Below are positions 57,262 through 64,000 of a stretch of 64,000 bases of DNA, piece by piece. The stretch spans positions 1,312,001-1,376,000 of the forward strand of contig CBDANF010000002.1 of the NCBI GenBank assembly GCA_965197475.1. The letters are read 5' to 3'. Origin of the DNA: Candidatus Poribacteria bacterium. GTDB taxonomy: Bacteria; Poribacteria; WGA-4E; WGA-3G. Under the pieces are notes generated by a model. It worked only from the letters and a program-made list of their open reading frames with translations. It had not been told where the DNA came from and did not search any database. A program made the translations under genes and the position numbers. Positions within the stretch are counted from its first letter, which is position 1. Every line of letters starts with the position of its first letter.

Positions 57262-58548
57262 TTATTGTGATTGAATAGCTTGTGCAATCGCTCGGAAAAC
57301 AGTATCAATATCGGATTCTTCAACACATGAATACGCCACTCGCAATTCCGTATCGCTAAGCGCGATTGTGCCAATGCCGTGTTCATTGAGAAGCATTTGA
57401 CGAACTGTCTCTGCATTTCCCGATTTAAGAGAGAGGCATGTGAAATAACCCGCATGGCTTGGGTAAACTTCCCAAAGATTCGCATATCGCGTATCAGTGG
57501 TAACCTGTTTTACCTTCAATGCTCGTGCCTTAAGTATTTCGTAGTTGTGTTGTTTTTGCTCAGCATAATTCGGTGCCTTCATCGTTTCAAGAATAAGCGT
57601 TTGGGAAATCTGTGCGGCACCAGAGGTGTTAGCGCGAATTAGTCCGCTCAACTTACCCTCAATATCCCGCATCACATTTTCTGGAAGTCCGAAAGTTAGA
57701 AACCCTACACGCAACCCCCACGCATATTCCTCTTTGGTTGCGCCGTCAATCTTTACGGGTATGACGTTTGGGTGGCATCCGACTAACATACCGAAAAAGG
57801 ATTCTTGCATTACTTCTGCATCATACCAAAAACCTGCGTAGGCATCGTCAACCAGGACAAGAACGCGGCATCCAGTGTCAGCACATTTCACAATTGCGTC
57901 CATAGTATGTTGTGCTTCAGCACAAGTAATAGCGTATCCGGTCGGATTATGTGGAAAATTCAGGAGAATCAACAACTTATCGGGAGTCGTCTCAGAGAGT
58001 GTCTCGCTAAATCCGCTGATGTTAAAACGCTTATCAGTGTTGAAGAACGGGTAGGTTTGGATAGTCGCACCCGCTTTAGTCTGAAAGATGAGTCGATAAT
58101 TTCCCCAAATTTTGTCTGGGAGAATGAGCGTATCACCTGTATTGACAAACAGATCTGCCAGAAGACTAAAACCGTGGGTCATGCCACTTGTCACAATCGA
58201 CAGACTAAACGTTGCATCCGAAAGTAATGGATTTTCTGCCCGGAGATGCGCTTGCCACATTTGCCGCAATTCTGGATTACCGAGTATCGGTGGGTAACTG
58301 TAAATACTTTCTGGTGAAAGTTCAGGGACCAATTGGTGTGAAACGTCTAAGTGCATTATATGGCTATCTTCCAAAGCAACTGCGCGTGTCGCATTAAAAC
58401 GATTCGCTTTTACATTTGCTTCTGCGCTTTGGCTTAAGATACCTTTTGGCAGGTAGATACGTTTTCCTAAATCGGAGAGTAACGCGTAAACCGTTGGTGA
58501 GGCATTGCGAATTTTTTCATTCAATTCAATTGCTAAAGGCAGGATCAT
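57262..58548 (-). CDS. Class I/II PLP-dependent aminotransferase
   Basis: NFPHNPTGY; DDAY; KIDGATKEEYAWGLRVGF. Confidence 0.9.
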   Translation of the reverse strand: MILPLAIELNEKIRNASPTVYALLSDLGKRIYLPKGILSQSAEANVKANRFNATRAVALEDSHIMHLDVSHQLVPELSPESIYSYPPILGNPELRQMWQAHLRAENPLLSDATFSLSIVTSGMTHGFSLLADLFVNTGDTLILPDKIWGNYRLIFQTKAGATIQTYPFFNTDKRFNISGFSETLSETTPDKLLILLNFPHNPTGYAITCAEAQHTMDAIVKCADTGCRVLVLVDDAYAGFWYDAEVMQESFFGMLVGCHPNVIPVKIDGATKEEYAWGLRVGFLTFGLPENVMRDIEGKLSGLIRANTSGAAQISQTLILETMKAPNYAEQKQHNYEILKARALKVKQVTTDTRYANLWEVYPSHAGYFTCLSLKSGNAETVRQMLLNEHGIGTIALSDTELRVAYSCVEESDIDTVFRAIAQAIQSQ

Positions 58549-58659
58549 TTAGTTTTCGACTTTTCTTGGGAAATTTATCACAAGTGTTAATATTTTACGA
58601 TATACAGATGTAGCATGATTTTTCACGCTACATCTGCTATACTTCACCTTAAAAAACAA

Positions 58660-59196
58660 ACTCTTTTGAGGTGAAACAAGACACTTCTCTTGCCACTTGA
58701 TTAATATGTTAGCAGAAGTGCCAGATCCATGCAATAAAAAAGGTAAACGACATTCGTTGAAGTCAATCCTTGCGCTTGTCGTCATCGGTTTGATGTGCGG
58801 TCATAAAGGTTGGACTTCCATCGCAACTTGGGCGCGCTCTCAACCTACACTCGCAAAGATATGTGCACGGGTGAGGAAACACACAAGGTTCAATATGGTA
58901 GGACAAGTCTTGATCCGACAGAAACATCCGCTGAACGCTTACTCACTGGATGGCGCGGACATTGGGCAATAGAGAACAAATCGCACTGGGTGCGCGATGT
59001 TGTGTTTGGAGAAGATACCTCTCCTGTCCGATGTGGTGCCATTCCACAGGTGATGGCAGCATTGTGAAGGACAGCAATATCGGTATTGCAGTTCGCAAGA
59101 TATACTGCTATCTCTGAGACAATCCGATATTTCACTTCAAGACCTAAACTTTCAGTTAAACTCATAAACTGAATATTCTTAAACTAAATAGCCCTG
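58660..59196 (+). pseudogene. Internally deleted ISAs1-family transposase remnant
   Basis: VPDP...KRHSLKSIL...MCG N-terminus fused to RGHWAIENKSHWVRDVVFGED; premature TGA; right end ...TAGCCCTG. Confidence 0.85.
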
Positions 59197-59260
59197 ACAC
59201 CTTTTCCCGCAAAAAATGTAAAGATGTGATAAAATAGGTATAAAGTGAGGATATAGCACA

Positions 59261-60055
59261 ATGAAAAACCGCATTCTGATTGGCTGCCTATTGTTCTTAT
59301 CTGTACTCAGTGTAGTCTTTCAATATCACTTCCGTGTTGAAGCAGATTCACGGGCAGAGCAGGACGCGACTGATACCCCTTTTTCACATGACCTATTTAA
59401 TCAAGTATTGCAAGAATACGTTGATAAGGGAAAAGTTGATTACGCCAAACTGAAAGCAAACCCTAAAAAATTTGAAACGTATTTGAATCTCTTAGCGGTT
59501 GCAAAACCAGCGGAAATGTCTTACAACGCGCAATTGGTTTTTTGGATTAATACATACAATGCCCTTGTCATTAAAGGCGTTATTGACCACTATCCTACAA
59601 AGAGTGTGCGAAAAGTAAAAGCGTTCGGAGGTTTTTTTTCTCGACTCAAGTTTCAGATAGCAGGGGAAACATATTCCCTTAATCAAATTGAACACGACAT
59701 AATCCGTACAGAATTTGTTGATCCACGTGTCCATTTTGCGCTCGTGTGCGCGTCAATAGGTTGCCCACCTTTGGAAAACAATGTTTATTTGCCTGAAACA
59801 ATTGAGGAACAATTAGACGCTGTCACTCTCAAATTTGTTACTAATCCAGAGAAGGTCCGGTTAGACCGACCAAAACGCCGAGTCTATCTCTCAAAAATCT
59901 TCAAATGGTATAAGAAAGATTTTACGGAAGGCTACGATGGGGTATCAGATTTTCTCGCAGATTACTTGCCATCAGAAGACGCAGACTTTGTGTTAGCGAA
60001 AGATGTTAAGTTTCACTATTTAGACTACGATTGGACACTGAACGATAAAAAATGA
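59261..60055 (+). CDS. DUF547 domain protein
   Basis: VDYAKL; FWINTYN; IEHDIIR; DPRVHFALVCASIGCP; SKIFKWY; YDWTLN. Confidence 0.92.
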   Translation: MKNRILIGCLLFLSVLSVVFQYHFRVEADSRAEQDATDTPFSHDLFNQVLQEYVDKGKVDYAKLKANPKKFETYLNLLAVAKPAEMSYNAQLVFWINTYNALVIKGVIDHYPTKSVRKVKAFGGFFSRLKFQIAGETYSLNQIEHDIIRTEFVDPRVHFALVCASIGCPPLENNVYLPETIEEQLDAVTLKFVTNPEKVRLDRPKRRVYLSKIFKWYKKDFTEGYDGVSDFLADYLPSEDADFVLAKDVKFHYLDYDWTLNDKK

Positions 60056-60100
60056 AAAGGGGAAATGTTGGCTCTTTTCGGGAGCCGATGTTGAAATAAT

Positions 60101-61135
60101 ATGATAAATACCGCTGTTATTGGTTACGGATATGCTGGTCGTGCGTTTCACTCCTATCTTGTTGGTTTAGCAGATGGATTAAATTTATATGCGATTGCAA
60201 CTCGGAACAATGAACGCCGCGAAGCCGCACGTGAAGCATACCCGAACGCACAGATATATCAAACAATAGATGAAGTCGTTGCTGACGATAACGTTGACCT
60301 CGTTGTCTTGGCAACACCGCACGATACGCATGCTGAACTTGCTATCAAAGCGATGGATGCTGGGAAACACCTTGTTACAGATAAAATCATGGCGATGAAC
60401 ACCGCTGAGGCAGATGCGATGATTGCTGCGAGCGAACGCAATAATGTCATGCTCAGCGTTTTTCATAACCGACGATGGGATTGGGATTATCTTACCGTCA
60501 AAAAGGTCATCGCCGATGGTCTTCTTGGAACACCTTACCTTTTTCAAGTGGCAATTATGCGCTACGGTGCACCAGGGGGTTGGCGCGGCGTTAAAAGCCA
60601 AAGTGGCGGTATTCTTTACGATTGGCCCGCACACTTCGTTGATCAGGCACTGCAATTCGGAGCAGCACCCGTTGAATCTGTCTATTGTGATATTCACTAC
60701 AACACAAAATGGGACATTGATATTGGCAACTATGCTAACCTCATTATTAAGTTTCAAAACGATGTGCGGTATCAAATTGAGATTAGCAATCTTTCAAAAG
60801 CCGAGAAACCGCGTTGGTATGTTGTGGGTGACGAAGGCGGATTAATCAAATACGGCTTGGATCCGCAGGAAGGACCGATGCGTGAAGGAAACATTGATGC
60901 GGCTGAACAAGACCCCGCTAACTATGCTAAAGTCTGGACTGAAGCTGGTGGTGAAAAACGCGAACTTGTTGTTGAGAGTGTGCGCGGCACTTGGAAGTCT
61001 TACTACCAGAATATTGCGGATGTCCTGAATAAAGGCGCGGAATTGGTTGTCAAACCTGAGGAAATGCGTAAAGTCATGCAGGTGTATGATGCTGCGATGC
61101 AATCTGCAGAAACAGGCGATACCGTCCGACTGTAA
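60101..61135 (+). CDS. Gfo/Idh/MocA family oxidoreductase
   Basis: IGYGYAG; TPHDTH; GKHLVTDK; FHNRRWD; GGILYD. Confidence 0.92.
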   Translation: MINTAVIGYGYAGRAFHSYLVGLADGLNLYAIATRNNERREAAREAYPNAQIYQTIDEVVADDNVDLVVLATPHDTHAELAIKAMDAGKHLVTDKIMAMNTAEADAMIAASERNNVMLSVFHNRRWDWDYLTVKKVIADGLLGTPYLFQVAIMRYGAPGGWRGVKSQSGGILYDWPAHFVDQALQFGAAPVESVYCDIHYNTKWDIDIGNYANLIIKFQNDVRYQIEISNLSKAEKPRWYVVGDEGGLIKYGLDPQEGPMREGNIDAAEQDPANYAKVWTEAGGEKRELVVESVRGTWKSYYQNIADVLNKGAELVVKPEEMRKVMQVYDAAMQSAETGDTVRL

Positions 61136-61154
61136 CCAATTCTTTAGGTGCACT

Positions 61155-61460
61155 ATGAAATCCACGTTTTTGCATCATTTTGTCCATATTATCGTTTTTA
61201 CGCTATGTCTACCGAGCATTTATGCCCAAGATTCTATGCGATGGCACTTACCTGAAGATGCGAAAGCCGGCTTGACAAAGTTAATATCAACGAAGTAGTC
61301 TTTCGCCAGACAGAAATATACTCGCTGTGACTACAGATATCGGTATTTGGATTTATGATGCACATACACATCAAGAACTCGCGTTGTTAGGTACACATAC
61401 GAAGAATTCGTAGCATTGACTTTAGTTCTGACGGACAAACCCTTGTCTATCAGTGATGCA
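61155..61460 (+). pseudogene. Degraded N-terminus of an exported WD40 protein
   Basis: MKST...YAQDSMRWHLPEDAKA, then frameshifted LAVTTDIGIWIYDAHTHQELALL and DFSSDGQTL. Confidence 0.7.
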
Positions 61461-61558
61461 GCTGACAATATAATGTTTCAATGGTAGCATATTGTTCACT
61501 GAGAAATAATTCTATTGACATTAACGTACGCCTCAGTCAAAACATGAAAGGAAAAATT

Positions 61559-62338
61559 ATGGAAACCAGAGTGCCAATTGGTTTAGAGTTATATTCTGTC
61601 CGAAATGAGTTAGCAGCGGATGTTCGCGGCACAATAAAAGCAGTCGCAGAAATGGGATACGAAGGTGTGGAATTCGCAGGTCCTCCGCAACACTCCGCGG
61701 AGGAGTTGAAAGGTTACCTTAACGAATTTGGCTTGGTTTGTTGTGGATGGCATACGCCGTTCAACCTGGTTCAAGAGGACACCCTTGCTGATACGATTGA
61801 ATTCAACAAAGTCCTTGAAAATCGTTATGTTATCATTCCGGGTATTCCTGGGGAACTGCGTCAATCTCGGGCAGATTGGTTGAAATTGGCGGATTTTTTC
61901 AATGACCTCGCCGACAAACTTGCACCACACGGCATGGTGACCGGCTATCATAACCACCACGTCGAATTTTCACCACTTGATGGCGAAATTCAGTGGGATA
62001 CTTTCTTCGGAAATACAAACAAGGGCGTTGTGATGCAACTAGATATGGGGAACGCTCTTAATGGCGGTGCTGATCTCGTTGAAATTTTAGAGAAATATCC
62101 TGGTCGGTCAGGAACAGTGCATCTCAAGCCTTATACCCTATTAGATGACGCGGCGGATGGACACGCTGGCTTCCGTCCTATTATCGGCGAAGATAGCGTG
62201 CCGTGGAACGAGATTTTCCGAGTCTGCGAGACAAGCGGAGGCACGAAATGGTATATCGTTGAATACGAAAGCGATGCCTTCCCGCCGCTTGAAGCAGTGG
62301 AACGCTGTCTGAAAGCATTAAAAGGAATGGGCAAGTAA
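61559..62338 (+). CDS. Sugar phosphate isomerase/epimerase (IolE-like TIM barrel)
   Basis: IGLELYSVR; GYEGVEFAG; GYHNH; QLDMG; HLK; YIVEYE. Confidence 0.9.
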   Translation: METRVPIGLELYSVRNELAADVRGTIKAVAEMGYEGVEFAGPPQHSAEELKGYLNEFGLVCCGWHTPFNLVQEDTLADTIEFNKVLENRYVIIPGIPGELRQSRADWLKLADFFNDLADKLAPHGMVTGYHNHHVEFSPLDGEIQWDTFFGNTNKGVVMQLDMGNALNGGADLVEILEKYPGRSGTVHLKPYTLLDDAADGHAGFRPIIGEDSVPWNEIFRVCETSGGTKWYIVEYESDAFPPLEAVERCLKALKGMGK

Positions 62339-62356
62339 TTTTTTCACCAAAAACTT

Positions 62357-62392
62357 AGCTTGCAAGCAAACTTTTTTGGATGCTTGCAAGCT
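62357..62392. terminator. Hairpin between convergent genes
   Basis: AGCTTGCAAGCA...TGCTTGCAAGCT. Confidence 0.6.
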
Positions 62393-62422
62393 TCACTTTG
62401 ATAAGTCTTTATCTTATCTGAA

Positions 62423-63481
62423 CTAATGCAAATCTACCAGTTGCGGCATCACTTCATTCTTGAGAAGTTCCATTGAATGCCTCCACTGCTCCTTAGGTTC
62501 CCATTCGTGCCCCATCGCAAGCAAAACACCGAACCCTCCGACATCTTCATAGAGTTGACGCAAGCGATTTGCAACGCGGTCAGGACTACCCACAATCCAC
62601 AGTGTATCCAATAAGTACTCCAGACATGTTTCTACGTCGGGAATGTCCGGGTTCATCTTGAATTTCTCCCATCCGAAGAGCCTAAACCAATAATCCCTAA
62701 AATCGCGTCCGAGCGTTCCTTCAATTGCTTCTTTTCGTGCTTGTTCATCGGTATCGGCAACGTAAACTTCGCGGGCAATACGCCAAGTAGAACGTGACAG
62801 CGAGAGACCTGTCTTTGCCGCACCCTCTTCAACAGCATCCCAATGCGTCTTAATTACATGGACAGGTGCAAGATTGATGCTCATCGGAATCCAACCGCGC
62901 TCACCAGCAAGAATAAGTGTATCGGATTTCATTGACGACCCTGCCAACGCAATCGGGGGGTGCGGTTTCTGATACGGTTTCATGTGAATACTCACAATGT
63001 CCGGATTGCCGCCGGGGATTTTAAATTCCCAAAAATCGCTTTTATAATGACCGGGTTCTGGGTCTTCCCAAATCTTGAGGACAGCATCAATTCCTTCGCG
63101 GGTTGCCCTCCGCCTGTCTCCACCTGCCATGAACATCTCAGCATCGCTCGGTGTGGAACTTGAGCCGACACCCCAATGAAAACGTCCGTGTGCAAGATGG
63201 TCTAACTGCGCGATGCGATGCGCGACAACAGCAGGATTGTGTATCGGCATACACGTTATTCCAGTCCCAAAGATAATATTCTCCGTCATCGCGACCGCTT
63301 TGGCTATAAAGAGGTCAGGAGCGGGGATATTTTCCCATGTAAACGTAAAATGTTCGCCGATATAAGCTTCTTTGTAACCTAACTTGTCTAACGTCACCAC
63401 CTGTTCAAGATCATCGTCTAACGTTTTTGTCGTGTCACTCCCGGGTGGATGCAAAGGCATTGTGAAAAAACCGAGTTCCAT
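62423..63481 (-). CDS. LLM-class flavin-dependent oxidoreductase (luciferase-like monooxygenase)
   Basis: FFTMPLHPP; IGEH; AQLDHLAHGR; KPYQKPHPPI; VGSPD. Confidence 0.92.
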   Translation of the reverse strand: MELGFFTMPLHPPGSDTTKTLDDDLEQVVTLDKLGYKEAYIGEHFTFTWENIPAPDLFIAKAVAMTENIIFGTGITCMPIHNPAVVAHRIAQLDHLAHGRFHWGVGSSSTPSDAEMFMAGGDRRRATREGIDAVLKIWEDPEPGHYKSDFWEFKIPGGNPDIVSIHMKPYQKPHPPIALAGSSMKSDTLILAGERGWIPMSINLAPVHVIKTHWDAVEEGAAKTGLSLSRSTWRIAREVYVADTDEQARKEAIEGTLGRDFRDYWFRLFGWEKFKMNPDIPDVETCLEYLLDTLWIVGSPDRVANRLRQLYEDVGGFGVLLAMGHEWEPKEQWRHSMELLKNEVMPQLVDLH

Positions 63482-63631
63482 AGAAAACTCCTTTTTGTAT
63501 ATAAACGAATGGAGTAGGAATAAGATTCTTGTCTATGACTCCTTATGTTATGGACTGTGTTTGTCAACACGCTATGTGTTGTCTATTGAAGACAATTCAA
63601 GGATATGTATTAATAATTTGGAGAGTATTGG

Positions 63632-64000
63632 TTAAATAATGATATTCATGTTTTCTATTCCGTCGAGTTTTAAAATGTCAAACACGTTGCCATTGACACG
63701 AAATCGTGCGAACAAAGCAATCGTCAAATCCACCATTTCTATGCTTTTGGAAACAATAATGGACTTGCGCTTGAAGCGTCCGAACCAGTGGCGCATCCGA
63801 CCATTGTTGCGTTCAATGCGATGCGTCTCCGCTTTATCCTGAACATGTTTTACGGCAGGTAGGACCGACTCATAGACCTGCCATTTGTCTGTGTAATATA
63901 TCTTAGCATTGAGGGTTGAGAGCCTTGCCGTGAGTTTTTCAAGGGTTTGTTTATCACGCCCACCACATTCCCAGTCAATGAGGTATCCTGTGTTTCTGTC
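63632..64000 (-). mobile_element. IS1-family transposase (InsB-like), 3' part, truncated by the window edge
   Basis: Minus-strand translation ...GGRDKQTL...YYTDKWQVY...THRIERNNGRMRHWFGRFKRKS...SKS. Confidence 0.85.

Noticed and set aside
1197-63195. Numerous 60-200-aa ORFs overlapping longer genes
   Set aside because: These are alternate-frame or antisense shadows of well-supported CDSs, with no motifs or SD sites.
63639-63842. Plus-strand 67-aa ORF
   Set aside because: It is antisense to the IS1-family transposase on the minus strand.
1-64000. CRISPR array, tRNA or rRNA genes
   Set aside because: I saw no regularly spaced repeat-spacer series and no cloverleaf or rRNA-like conserved segments. 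The two GCCCCAG palindromes at a 50-bp period (15968, 16018) are only two units and belong to a dispersed repeat.

Overview
64-kb bacterial chromosomal segment with about 50 protein-coding genes. I found no rRNA, tRNA or CRISPR array. The gene content strongly suggests Candidatus Poribacteria (inference): tandem LamG proteins, LRR/lamin-tail and WD40-cohesin-dockerin exported proteins, two PhyH dioxygenases and DUF6785-type membrane proteins. Housekeeping and metabolic genes include trxB, moaC, a xylulokinase-like kinase, MoxR, TrmH, UPF0182 and an aminotransferase. They are interspersed with IS630, ISAs1 and IS1 remnants and at least three families of short non-autonomous elements. Most notable: (1) a shared C-terminal 'V-x-P-x-x-K-(L/I)-x-x-T-W-G-x-(L/I)-K' tail on five exported proteins, a candidate uncharacterised sorting signal; (2) an Rpn/YhgA-like nuclease gene bracketed by two synonymously diverged copies of the trxB 3' end and carrying an internal SD+ATG for a putative intragenic antitoxin; (3) a 123-bp MITE with a 6-bp target duplication splitting a membrane-protein gene; (4) a small-protein + HNH cassette preceded by a compact H-type pseudoknot, with a paralog sharing its promoter signature 22 kb away; (5) MITEs built from IS-type termini enclosing REP-type palindromes. 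All family assignments come from motif recognition by eye, not from database searches.
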